Positions 36,802 through 46,127 of a stretch of 64,000 nucleotides of DNA are shown in pieces. The DNA is taken from NCBI GenBank assembly GCA_964565805.1, contig CAZMGH010000002.1, positions 46,084-110,083 of the forward strand. Reading direction: 5' to 3'. Both the position numbers and the translations under genes were made by a program. Positions within the stretch are counted from its first letter, which is position 1, and each line of letters starts with the position of its first letter. The notes beneath the pieces were generated by a model, which was not told the origin of the DNA, did not search any database, and was given only the letters and a program-made list of their open reading frames with translations. The DNA comes from an uncultured Lachnospiraceae bacterium. GTDB taxonomy: Bacteria; Bacillota; Clostridia; Lachnospirales; Lachnospiraceae.

Positions 36802-37590
36802 ATGAAAAAACTAAAATTTAAGTATGGTATGAGGCTGGATTTTTCCTCTCCCGTAACCGGGCATTACTTTGCTTTGCGGTGTATTCCCCAAAGTTCATCT
36901 AGGCAGGAGATCACTCTGACCCGGTGCCAGGTCATGCCGGATGGGGAGCTTTATGAAATAAAGGACGGCTTTGGCAACATGAAACTTAGCGGATGCATTT
37001 TGGATCCCCATGATTATTTTGAATATGATATTGAAGGAACGGCCCTGGTTCAGGGAATGGGAGAGGAGGAAGGCCCCCTTCATCCGATGTATAAATACCC
37101 ATCCAGGTACACAGCCTGTGAGCCGGTGGTTATAGATTATGCCTCCAGGCTGGCCCGGGAATGTAAGTTATCGGGAGCGCATACCCCTTTGGAAAAGGCA
37201 GTTTATGTCATGAATGACCTGTACAGGCATTTTTCTTATGCGCCTTCGGTGACAGGAATCCATACCACCGCCGCCCAGGCTCTTACTTTAGGTAAAGGTG
37301 TGTGCCAGGATTATGCCCATATTATGATCGCTCTTATGCGCTATATGGGCGTACCTGCCAGATACGTCAACGGTTTGATGATCGGCGAGGGCTTTAGCCA
37401 TGCCTGGGTGGAAATTTATACTGGTACCGGATGGTACGGGCTGGATCCCACCAATTGTTTGCATATTGATGATTATTATATTAAGCTGGCCTGGGGGAGA
37501 GATTACGGGGACTGTGTCATTGACAAAGGCCGGTTCCTTGGCAGCGCCGGACAAACTCAGACCATTACTGTAAATGTGGAGGAGATCTAA
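36802..37590 (+). CDS. Transglutaminase-like protein with intact triad
   Basis: GVCQDYAH (Cys), SHAWVE (His), LDPTN (Asp), GRDYGD; N-terminal Bact_transglu_N-like segment. Confidence 0.92.
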   Translation: MKKLKFKYGMRLDFSSPVTGHYFALRCIPQSSSRQEITLTRCQVMPDGELYEIKDGFGNMKLSGCILDPHDYFEYDIEGTALVQGMGEEEGPLHPMYKYPSRYTACEPVVIDYASRLARECKLSGAHTPLEKAVYVMNDLYRHFSYAPSVTGIHTTAAQALTLGKGVCQDYAHIMIALMRYMGVPARYVNGLMIGEGFSHAWVEIYTGTGWYGLDPTNCLHIDDYYIKLAWGRDYGDCVIDKGRFLGSAGQTQTITVNVEEI

Positions 37591-37591
37591 G

Positions 37592-38530
37592 ATGACTCAG
37601 ACAGTTGTGTCTATGGAACTGCCGGTGGACGAATACCTGCAGATCAAAAAGAATCGGATCATGCCGGAACATCCCACAGGGGATGAAAAACGCATTGCCA
37701 TTGTTACCGGGACCCACGGGGATGAGCTGGAAGGCCAGCTTGTCTGCTACGAGCTGCTTCGCCGTCTGAAGGCCCAGCCGGGCCAGCTTAAAGGCATTGT
37801 GGATGTTTATCCCGCGTTAAACCCCCTGGGGATTGATTCCATTACCCGGGGGATTCCTATGTTTGACTTGGATATGAACCGGATCTTTCCAGGAAGTGAC
37901 CAGGGGCCTATGATGGAGACTTTAGTATACCGTCTTATGGAAGATTTAAGGGGAGCGGATCTTTGCATCGATATTCATGCCAGCAATATTTTTCTCATGG
38001 AGCTGCCCCAGATACGGATCAATGAAATGACTGCTCAAACGCTTATCCCTTTGGCTAAAAATATGAATGTGGATTTTATATGGGTTCATGCTTCAGCTAC
38101 AGTGCTGGAATCTACGCTGGCTTTTAGCTTGAATAAGATCCATACCCCCACCCTGGTAGTGGAAATGGGGGTAGGGATGCGGATCACAAAAGAATATGGC
38201 CATCAGCTGACCGAAGGGATTTTTAACACAATGAAAGCTCTTGGAATATGGGAAGGAGAAACTGGCCCTGTGCGTAGTCCTATAATCTCAACAGACCGGC
38301 AGATTGGCTATCTTAATGCGGACCGGGCGGGAATCTATGTACCCTGCGTCCAGATCGGCCAGGCCGTGAAAGAAGGGGACCGGCTGGGAGAAATTTTAAA
38401 TCCTCTCACAGGAGATGTGGAGCAGGAGGTCAGATCCCCTATGGACGGTATCTTATTTACCTGCAGGGAGTATCCGGTGGTTTACAGCGGATCTTTACTG
38501 GGAAGGATCGTGGGAGGTGAACATCAGTGA
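37592..38530 (+). CDS. M14-type succinylglutamate desuccinylase/aspartoacylase family hydrolase (apparently active)
   Basis: GTHGDE zinc motif, DMNRIFPG, IDIHAS, EMG; C-terminal barrel-sandwich region. Confidence 0.9.
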   Translation: MTQTVVSMELPVDEYLQIKKNRIMPEHPTGDEKRIAIVTGTHGDELEGQLVCYELLRRLKAQPGQLKGIVDVYPALNPLGIDSITRGIPMFDLDMNRIFPGSDQGPMMETLVYRLMEDLRGADLCIDIHASNIFLMELPQIRINEMTAQTLIPLAKNMNVDFIWVHASATVLESTLAFSLNKIHTPTLVVEMGVGMRITKEYGHQLTEGIFNTMKALGIWEGETGPVRSPIISTDRQIGYLNADRAGIYVPCVQIGQAVKEGDRLGEILNPLTGDVEQEVRSPMDGILFTCREYPVVYSGSLLGRIVGGEHQ

Positions 38531-39462
38531 GAAAAGCAGAAATTTTTTCCATGGACAGTCCTTACAGGGAAACATTAAAGATCACCGGCTATACGTTTGG
38601 CCACGGGCAAAAGTCTGCCTGTATTATTGGGAGCATGCGGGGAAATGAGGTTCAGCAGCTTTACATATGCTCTCAGATCATAAGAAAGCTGAAAAAACTG
38701 GAAGCCTGCGATTCCATTGTGGCGGATAAGGAGATTCTTGTGATCCCTTCAGTAAACCATCATTCTATGAACATCGGAAAACGGTTCTGGCCGGTGGATA
38801 ATACGGATATTAACCGGATGTTTCCCGGATATGACCAGGGGGAAACCACTCAGCGCATTGCCGCAGGGGTTTTCCAGCAGGCCAAGGATTATGATTATGG
38901 TATCCAGTTTGCCAGCTTTTATATGCCCGGGGATTTTATCCCTCATGTTCGGATGATGGACACAGGCAAGCAAAACACCAGCCTGGCGGGGCTGTTCGGC
39001 CTTCCCTATGTAGTCGTGCGCAAGCCCAGGCCTATTGATACCACAACATTAAATTATAACTGGCAGATCTGGGATACAAACGCATTTTCCGTATATACGA
39101 CGGAAACGGATTTTATTGATGAGGTGTCTGCCCGTCAGGCAGTGGCGGCGGTGCTTCGTTTTCTCACCCGGATGGGCATTTTAAAATATCACAGTCATAA
39201 CGGCTATATTGCCACAGTCATCGGCGAGGAGGAGCTTACTTCTGTCCGAACAACCATGGGAGGCATTTACCGCCGTCTGTGTCATCCGGGAGATGAGATT
39301 CATATGGGAGAGCCTTTGGCGGAAATCGTCCATCCTTATGAGGGAAACGTTATATCCACCGTACTTTCACCGACAGAGGGAATCGTATTTTTTACCCATA
39401 AAAAACCTTTAGTTACGGAAAATGAAGTGATCTGCAAGATCATACGCAGGATGCACCAGTAA
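38527..39462 (+). CDS. M14/AstE-like paralogue with degenerate metal site
   Basis: GSMRGNE in place of HGxE; DINRMFPG retained; IQFAS in place of IDxH; GTGA overlap with the previous gene. Confidence 0.85.
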   Translation: MRKAEIFSMDSPYRETLKITGYTFGHGQKSACIIGSMRGNEVQQLYICSQIIRKLKKLEACDSIVADKEILVIPSVNHHSMNIGKRFWPVDNTDINRMFPGYDQGETTQRIAAGVFQQAKDYDYGIQFASFYMPGDFIPHVRMMDTGKQNTSLAGLFGLPYVVVRKPRPIDTTTLNYNWQIWDTNAFSVYTTETDFIDEVSARQAVAAVLRFLTRMGILKYHSHNGYIATVIGEEELTSVRTTMGGIYRRLCHPGDEIHMGEPLAEIVHPYEGNVISTVLSPTEGIVFFTHKKPLVTENEVICKIIRRMHQ

Positions 39463-39496
39463 AAAAAGCGCCGGAAACACTTGCTGCTTCCGGCGC
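39461..39496 (-). terminator. Terminator for the flavin reductase gene
   Basis: GCGCCGGAA...TTCCGGCGC stem with an A7 run on its left (U tract on the minus strand). Confidence 0.6.
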
Positions 39497-39514
39497 AAAA
39501 AAGTTCAAAAAGTT

Positions 39515-40087
39515 TCAGCCTTTCATTAAATCAGCGCCGCTGTGCCATGCCTGACCAACTTTTTCGCCAATGGCATAGTATCCGTTTTGCATCTGGTCAA
39601 AGGCGAAAGCCTGAAGCTTTCCGGCGTCAATCTTTCCCGCGTCATCCAGCACTTTTTCGTCAGCAATCACGTTGACGATTTTTCCAAGAACCCGAAGGCC
39701 ATAGGGCTGATTTTGCATTTCCACAACCTCACATTCCAGTGTGAGAGGATATTCTGTAATAACAGGCGCATCGATCCGCTGGCTCTTAACAGCGTGAAGG
39801 CCTGTACGCTGGAATTTATCTACCATTTTGTTCGCCGTAGCAATACCAAGGAAATCAGATTCTTTTAAAGTGTCTGTTCCGGGAACCGCTAAAGTGAAGG
39901 CTTTCCGGGTTTCCAGATTGGCTACGGTTTTATGTTCTGCCTCCAGATTCAGCGCCACCATATCTTCCGCGCAGATCCCTCCCCATGCCATCATCATCAC
40001 ATCGACCGTATCATCATCATTATATGTACCGATCATATAGGTAGGCATGGGAAACAGGTAAGGTTTAACTCCAAAATCTTTTGTCAT
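39515..40087 (-). CDS. Flavin reductase-like (flavoredoxin) FMN-binding protein
   Basis: PYLFPMPTYMIGTY, MMMAWGG, HKTVAN, APVITEYPLTLEC. Confidence 0.88.
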   Translation of the reverse strand: MTKDFGVKPYLFPMPTYMIGTYNDDDTVDVMMMAWGGICAEDMVALNLEAEHKTVANLETRKAFTLAVPGTDTLKESDFLGIATANKMVDKFQRTGLHAVKSQRIDAPVITEYPLTLECEVVEMQNQPYGLRVLGKIVNVIADEKVLDDAGKIDAGKLQAFAFDQMQNGYYAIGEKVGQAWHSGADLMKG

Positions 40088-40181
40088 TATTAAGACCCCT
40101 TTCATGTAAAATATAAGAACAATTTAGTCGGCTGAATTGTTATGATCTGTAATTTATCATAGCAGAAAGAAAATGAAAGAC

Positions 40182-40208
40182 AAGTACGCACATAAAAGTG
40201 CGATACTT
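40182..40208. promoter_or_regulatory. Palindromic operator upstream of the flavin reductase gene
   Basis: AAGTACGCAC-ATAAAA-GTGCG(A)TACTT, near the -35 region of an extended -10 TGCTATGAT (minus strand, 40156-40164). Confidence 0.55.
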
Positions 40209-40285
40209 ACATGGAAGCCGTATACTTACCCTTAGGTGAGTGGGAATCAGGGATTGGTCCGCGTCATGTCCACTTGTCAGGCAGC

Positions 40286-41209
40286 TTATAAAATAAAGTA
40301 GGACACAATGGAAAGAGTGATCAAGGAGGCTGCCGTTGTGATCAGCACAAAGCCAACCGCATAGTCTTCATGATTATTTGTGGACTTTGTAAACATGGCA
40401 GTGGTTGTCATGGTTGGCAGAGCCGCAATGATAGAAATTGTCTGTACCATTTCATGGAAAGGACAGATCATGGAGGTTATCGTATAAAAGGCCAGGGGAA
40501 ATGCCACCATTTTCACCAGGATGCCGACATACAGCTCCTTTGCCTTTAAAACGGATTTCCAGTTGCAGAAATAAAACAGTCCGCCCAGGTAAAACAGGGA
40601 CAGAGGCGTTGCGGCTTTTCCCATGGTAGACAGGGCATTAACAAAAACATCTGGAAGATGAATATTTAAAAGCAGAAGGATCAGGGATAGGAGAACTGCG
40701 CAAAGGGCAGGATTAATAAAGTTTTTAAAGTTAAACTTCTGCTTTTTAGATTCCGGGGTAGTAAGCTTTAACCCGTAAGTCCACATAAAGGTCTGGTCAA
40801 TAATGGACATTAGGGCAATATAAATAGGACCGTTTTCCGGGAAAATGGAAGTAATCAGAGGAATCCCGATAAAGCCTGCATTGCCGAAAACCAGCGCGGC
40901 ACGAAAAACACGGTTTTTGTCCCCTTTAAGTCCTAAAATCCTGCCAAGGAGGAGGCACACAAGGATAATACACACATAGAAGGCAAGTGTCAGCAGCAGG
41001 ATGGGATAACATTCAAAAAGCTGACTGCGGGTCGTACCGGAAACCGCATTGGAAAAAACTAGGAGAGGCAGCAGGATCTTTGTAATAAGCCGGGACAGGC
41101 CATCAAGAAAATCTTCCCCAACGACACGAAGCCGGACGGCAATATAGCCGATGATCATTAAAATGAAAAAAAGAATTAACTGATTGAGGACAATATAAAA
41201 TTGCTCCAT
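40286..41209 (-). CDS. AEC (auxin efflux carrier / malate permease) family transporter
   Basis: FGNAGFIGIP, FINPAL, AATPLSLFYLG, AALPT; about 10 TM segments. Confidence 0.9.
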   Translation of the reverse strand: MEQFYIVLNQLILFFILMIIGYIAVRLRVVGEDFLDGLSRLITKILLPLLVFSNAVSGTTRSQLFECYPILLLTLAFYVCIILVCLLLGRILGLKGDKNRVFRAALVFGNAGFIGIPLITSIFPENGPIYIALMSIIDQTFMWTYGLKLTTPESKKQKFNFKNFINPALCAVLLSLILLLLNIHLPDVFVNALSTMGKAATPLSLFYLGGLFYFCNWKSVLKAKELYVGILVKMVAFPLAFYTITSMICPFHEMVQTISIIAALPTMTTTAMFTKSTNNHEDYAVGFVLITTAASLITLSIVSYFIL

Positions 41210-41559
41210 AAAATTCATTCCTTTCAGTAATTTTGCCGTGTCCCTCACGGCATAGAGGTATCCCTTCGTGGGGCTTTAAATCTTATATCTTATATTATAT
41301 AATAAATTCTGAATATTTCCACCCCTGTTTTAAAGTAAATAATATAATCAATTCAGCATAGAAGGCGCCAGAATATGGCCCTCACTCACCTTCATGGAGG
41401 TGGGCCATGATGCCATGACCTTTTGACGCTGGTATCTTTTAATTATTTTTTTAGATTGTTCTAAGTTTTGTTTAAGATTTGTTTCCCCGTATTGACGGAG
41501 GACGCAAAAATGGTATGATGGCTTTAGGATACTTTTTGACGAAAGAGGAATGAGGGATT

Positions 41560-42306
41560 ATGGAAACACGCAAGATGATGAAAGGCCACAAGGTGGCAGC
41601 TTTTTGCAAATATTATGTTCAGCTGCGCCGTCTGGCCCAGGAGCAGGAGATTGAAAATGCGGACAAGCTTAATGACCGGTATTTATATGCTCCGGCCAAT
41701 CTTATGCCGGAGCGAAAGTTTATCCAGATCGAACCGCTGTGGTATATGCGCAATTATTCCCTTTTATCTTTAATGCTTCTGTTTTTTATCTTTTCCGGCG
41801 TTGGCTGGCTGCGGGAAGTATGTCTCCATATGGTCAACCATGGAGAGTTTGTCAACCGGGGCTTTCTTCATGGACCATGGCTGCCTATTTACGGCAGCGG
41901 CGGCGTTTTGATCCTAATCCTGCTAAAAAGGCTCCGTGTCCATCCAGTAAAGGAATTTCTCTCGATGATTCTTTTATGCGGTGTGGTAGAATATATGACC
42001 TCATGGGTCCTGGAGGCAGTCACCGGAGGAAAACGGTGGTGGGATTATACCGGGTATTTTCTAAACTTAAACGGAAGGATATGCGCGGAAGGACTTTTGA
42101 TCTTTGGCATTGGGGGAATGATTATTGTCTATGGCATCGCTCCTTTATTAGACAGTTTCCTTCGCCGTTTCAGCACCCGGCTGCTCCTTCCCATATGTCT
42201 GGTCCTGCTGTGTCTGTTTTTAGGAGACATGGCCTATTCGGCAGTTGTTCCCAACACAGGGAAAGGGGTAACAGCGCCGGGCCGGACGCATACCTCTGTG
42301 CCGTGA
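41560..42306 (+). CDS. CmpB-like putative ABC permease domain, N-terminus apparently truncated
   Basis: VNRGFLHGPWLPIYG, VEYMTSWVLE, WWDYTGYFLNLNGRIC. Confidence 0.7.
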   Translation: METRKMMKGHKVAAFCKYYVQLRRLAQEQEIENADKLNDRYLYAPANLMPERKFIQIEPLWYMRNYSLLSLMLLFFIFSGVGWLREVCLHMVNHGEFVNRGFLHGPWLPIYGSGGVLILILLKRLRVHPVKEFLSMILLCGVVEYMTSWVLEAVTGGKRWWDYTGYFLNLNGRICAEGLLIFGIGGMIIVYGIAPLLDSFLRRFSTRLLLPICLVLLCLFLGDMAYSAVVPNTGKGVTAPGRTHTSVP

Positions 42307-42341
42307 AGGGCACGGCAGAAAAATTGAAAGGATGATCGTTT

Positions 42342-43195
42342 ATGTTGGCCATTTATTTGGCGCCTTTATATCTTTTGGCATGTATTTATGTGGTCCGGTG
42401 GCTGATCCTCTGGCTTAGCGCCTGCCATGGCATTTTTAAGAGAAAGGCCTGTCGGGGAGCGATGGTTGTTGTCTATACATTTTTAGCCCTCTGTCCATTC
42501 CTGCCGGGTTTCTCTTAGGCTCAAAGGGAATTGGACGGTGGGTAAATCAAATAGGAAATATTTGGTTTGGGGCCTTTGCCTACATACTCTTAGTGCTTAT
42601 TGTGGCGGATCTGATCCGTCGGATCCTTGGACGTATGAAGCGGGTGGATTCCCGATGGATCAAAAGCCGGGGAGCGCTGGTCAGAGGCGGACGGATCTGT
42701 CTATGCGCCATTCTCCTTATCTGTGTTTACGGTTTTATTAACGCAAAAATATAACTATGATGCCCTGGAGGATCCCCAGGAGCTGATCCGGATTTTACAG
42801 GGGATTCAAAGCACCTACAGGGTATATGCCTGCTATGGGAATCATGATGTGGCGGAGCCTATCCTGGCCGGGGAATCCAGACCCGTATGTCACCGGAGGA
42901 GATCACCCGGGATATGGACATGGATAAGCCGGTGATTGTTATAGATCATGAGCCCAAGGAACTGGATGCTTTAGCCCAGGCAGGAGTGGATCTGGATCTG
43001 GCGGGACATACTCATGATGGACAAATGTTTCCGGCCAATCTCCTTATGAAATTTTTGTGGGAAAACCCCTGCGGCTACCTGGAAAAGGATCAGATGCACA
43101 GTATTGTCACTTCCGGCACAGGTCTGTTTGGCCCCAATATGCGGGTAGGAACCCGGGCGGAAATATGTACGATTACTGTGGAATTTCAGCCTTAG
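42342..43195 (+). pseudogene. Frameshifted and deleted membrane-anchored metallophosphoesterase (YkuE-like)
   Basis: RBS + MLAIYLAPLY... stops after 32 codons at a T5 run; later fragments in other frames read GNIWFGAFAY, YGNHDV, DLDLAGHTHDGQMFP, VTSGTG..GPNMRVGT..EI. Confidence 0.85.
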
Positions 43196-43199
43196 GCGG

Positions 43200-43221
43200 A
43201 CCGTTCAGCCGACTGAACGGT
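43200..43221. repeat. REP-like palindrome with CCGA loop
   Basis: ACCGTTCAG-CCGA-CTGAACGGT; related copy at 40118-40141. Confidence 0.55.
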
Positions 43222-43563
43222 TACATGAAATTTAATATTTACCGGGTCCTGGTGGGGGCTGATGTAAAGCTTGCAACTTTAAATAATCGGATCTATTTTT
43301 CCTTTTACAGTTCCATGCTTGCAGGATGTGTGCTCTACCTTCGGATTGGTTTCTTTCTGAAAAAGAAAGTTAAGGCGGTTATACCATAGAAGGATAAGGC
43401 TGCAAATAAGGACGTTTTTTTTGGCGAATTATGTTCTTTATTTTTGCGGCTGTATTGACTATAATAAAGGTATCAATTAAATTTACTGTTCCCCGGGCGC
43501 AGGCGGCTTAAGACCGGACAGAGCCGGGAGGACTGTAAAAATCAACGGATAAGGAGTTTTAGT

Positions 43564-44391
43564 ATGAAGGTATTAGATGCAGGATTTGTAAAGGGATTTA
43601 TTCGCATGGCCAACGATGGCTGGGAGCAGGGATGGCATGAAAGAAACGGCGGAAATCTTACATACCGCATTAAAAAAGAGGAAATCGAATCTGTACGTGA
43701 GGAGTTAAAAACTGATGGCGAGTGGAAGCCGATCGGCACATCTGTTCCAAAGCTTGGCGGCGAATATTTCCTTGTTACCGGAAGCGGCAAGTATTTCCGC
43801 AACGTGATCCTGGATCCGGAAGACACCACAGCGATCATCGAGCTGGATGAAAAAGGTGAAAATTACCGGATCTGCTGGGGACTTGTTAATGGGGGAAGAC
43901 CGACCAGTGAGCTTCCGTCTCATCTGATGAACCATGAAGTAAAGATGATCGCATCCGGCGGAAAGCACAGAGTTATTTATCATGCCCATACCACAAACGT
44001 GATTGCCCTGACCTTCGTTCTTCCATTAAAGGACGAGGTGTTTACAAGAGAACTGTGGGAAATGGCAACAGAGTGTCCGGTAGTTTTCCCTGACGGAATC
44101 GGCGTTGTAGGCTGGATGGTCCCTGGCGGAAGAGATATTGCTGTGGCAACCAGTGAGCTGATGAAAAAGTACGATGTAGCTATTTGGGCTCATCACGGCA
44201 TGTTCTGCTCCGGGGAAGATTTTGATCTGACTTTTGGTCTGATGCATACTGTAGAAAAGTCTGCTGAGATTCTGGTGAAGATGCTGTCCATGCGTCCGGA
44301 CAAGCTTCAGACCATCACACCTGAGAATTTCAGAAATCTGGCAAAAGACTTTAACGTAACACTTCCGGAACGCTTCTTATACGAAAAATAA
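43564..44391 (+). CDS. rhaD: Rhamnulose-1-phosphate aldolase
   Basis: GWHERNGGN, VTGSGKYFRN, PTSELPSH, HAHTT, WAHHG, FGLMHTVEKSAE. Confidence 0.92.
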   Translation: MKVLDAGFVKGFIRMANDGWEQGWHERNGGNLTYRIKKEEIESVREELKTDGEWKPIGTSVPKLGGEYFLVTGSGKYFRNVILDPEDTTAIIELDEKGENYRICWGLVNGGRPTSELPSHLMNHEVKMIASGGKHRVIYHAHTTNVIALTFVLPLKDEVFTRELWEMATECPVVFPDGIGVVGWMVPGGRDIAVATSELMKKYDVAIWAHHGMFCSGEDFDLTFGLMHTVEKSAEILVKMLSMRPDKLQTITPENFRNLAKDFNVTLPERFLYEK

Positions 44392-44400
44392 TTGACAGCG

Positions 44401-44443
44401 GCGCCTTAAGGCTTCTTAAAAATAGCCTTAAGGCGCTGTTTTT
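44401..44443 (+). terminator. Intrinsic terminator after rhaD
   Basis: GCGCCTTAAGGCT...AGCCTTAAGGCGC followed by TGTTTTT. Confidence 0.8.
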
Positions 44444-44495
44444 AGCTTAAAAATATTTTTTTCTTTTAGTCCTTAATTTTTTTTGAAATCAGAAC

Positions 44496-44891
44496 CTATT
44501 TTTCCACTGTTTTTTTCAAGTCTTCCACATAGGCTTTCTGCCAGCGCTTTGTTAAAAAGCCTGCAAAGGGTTTCATGTACCACTTTGCCGTTATATCTGC
44601 GGTAAAATCCAGGGTTGTTCCCTGGCCCTCTGAAGAAAAGAGCATGATCCACCGTCCTTTCATATGTTTTCCTTCCATACTCAGCTCATAGCGGCGGCAG
44701 GTTTCCCTTCCGGTGATGCGAAATGTAGTCATCTTTCCTTTTTTTGTGTGCTCCACGTATTTTTTTCCGCTTTTTATGATCTCGATTTGGTCAATGTTCC
44801 TGCGCCAGGAATAGTTGGTCAGTGAAACCACCGTCTGCCATACCTTTTGAACGGGACACTGAAATGATGCTTTAATGTTGACGGATGCCAT
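44496..44891 (-). CDS. SRPBCC / polyketide-cyclase-like protein
   Basis: CPVQKVWQTVVSLTNYSWR, helix-grip-type pattern, C-terminal YVEDLKK helix. Confidence 0.75.
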   Translation of the reverse strand: MASVNIKASFQCPVQKVWQTVVSLTNYSWRRNIDQIEIIKSGKKYVEHTKKGKMTTFRITGRETCRRYELSMEGKHMKGRWIMLFSSEGQGTTLDFTADITAKWYMKPFAGFLTKRWQKAYVEDLKKTVEK

Positions 44892-45103
44892 TAAAGGACA
44901 GACCTCCTTTGTAAAAATTTCTTTTATTTTAATTAAGCCATACAGCTGGCTTAATTATATCATAGCGCAGCCAATGGCTGCAATCAAAGAAAAGGTTGAA
45001 AATTTTTCTGCCAGCAGGTATACTATCCAGCAGCTATAGGATAACGAGGGCGTCTCGCGCATAACTTAGCGGGACGGCGCCGAATGTTGTAACGGAGGTT
45101 TGT

Positions 45104-46057
45104 ATGGAATACTATTTCGCCCCATTAGAGGGGATTACCAATCATATTTTCCGGAGGATCCATAAAAAACATTTCCCTGGAATAAGTAAATATTTTGCTC
45201 CATTTATTTCTCCCAATCAGAGCAAAAAGGTGATGACCCGGGAAATGAGGGATCTTTTGCCTGAAAATAATGAGGAACTTGTCCTTGTGCCTCAGATTTT
45301 GACCAACAATGCCCAGGACTTTATAAATACTGGCAAAAAGCTGAAGCAGCTGGGCTATACAGAGATAAACCTGAACCTGGGGTGTCCTTCAGGGACTGTG
45401 GTGGCTAAAAATAAGGGTTCCGGATTTCTTGCGTTTCCCGAAGATCTGGATCATTTTTTGGAAGACATCTATAGTGGCTCAGATATGAAGATTTCTGTGA
45501 AAACCCGTCTTGGAAAGACTCAGGGAGATGAATTTTACCGGCTTTTGGAAATTTATAATAAATATCCCATGGAGGAACTGATCATCCATCCAAGAGTCCA
45601 GGAAGATTATTATAAAAATCATCCTAAAATGGAATACTTTGACTACAGCCTTAAACACAGCAAAAATGTCCTGTGCTATAATGGGGATCTGTTTACCTGT
45701 CAGGCATGTGAAGCTTTTGCCGGAAAATATCCTCAGGTAGACCGGATCATGGCCGGACGGGGTCTTTTAATGGATCCGGGAATGATATGGAAGCGGATAC
45801 TTAAATCCCGGGGAGAGGATCCGGCGGCCTGCCAGGATCAGTGGAAAGATCGGATCATAGCTTTTCACAATGATCTGTATGAAGCTTATCAGCAGGCCGT
45901 GAGCGGGGAGCGGAATGTGCTGTTTAAGATGAAAGAACTATGGATCTATTTGATCCACAGCTTTCCGGGAAATGAAAAAAATCTGAAAAAAATCAAAAAA
46001 GCTCTTCACCTGGCCGACTATGAAGCAGCGGTGGACCGGATCTTCCAGGGATCATAA
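45104..46057 (+). CDS. dus: tRNA-dihydrouridine synthase family protein
   Basis: APLEGIT, NLNLGCPS, SVKTRLG, IIHPR, YNGD, MAGRG. Confidence 0.9.
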   Translation: MEYYFAPLEGITNHIFRRIHKKHFPGISKYFAPFISPNQSKKVMTREMRDLLPENNEELVLVPQILTNNAQDFINTGKKLKQLGYTEINLNLGCPSGTVVAKNKGSGFLAFPEDLDHFLEDIYSGSDMKISVKTRLGKTQGDEFYRLLEIYNKYPMEELIIHPRVQEDYYKNHPKMEYFDYSLKHSKNVLCYNGDLFTCQACEAFAGKYPQVDRIMAGRGLLMDPGMIWKRILKSRGEDPAACQDQWKDRIIAFHNDLYEAYQQAVSGERNVLFKMKELWIYLIHSFPGNEKNLKKIKKALHLADYEAAVDRIFQGS

Positions 46058-46077
46058 AAACCGGGGGGTTCGCCGCT

Positions 46078-46119
46078 GCAAAAGACTTCCGGCGCCTTAA
46101 GAACCGGGAAGTCTTTTGC
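46078..46119. terminator. Hairpin between convergent dus and LacI genes
   Basis: GCAAAAGACTTCC...GGAAGTCTTTTGC, 13-bp arms. Confidence 0.7.
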
Positions 46120-46127
46120 GCCGGTTT

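Noticed and set aside
43057-43389. 110-aa ORF overlapping the phosphoesterase pseudogene
   Set aside because: Off-frame over the pseudogene and runs through a palindromic repeat; at most the tail is a fragment.
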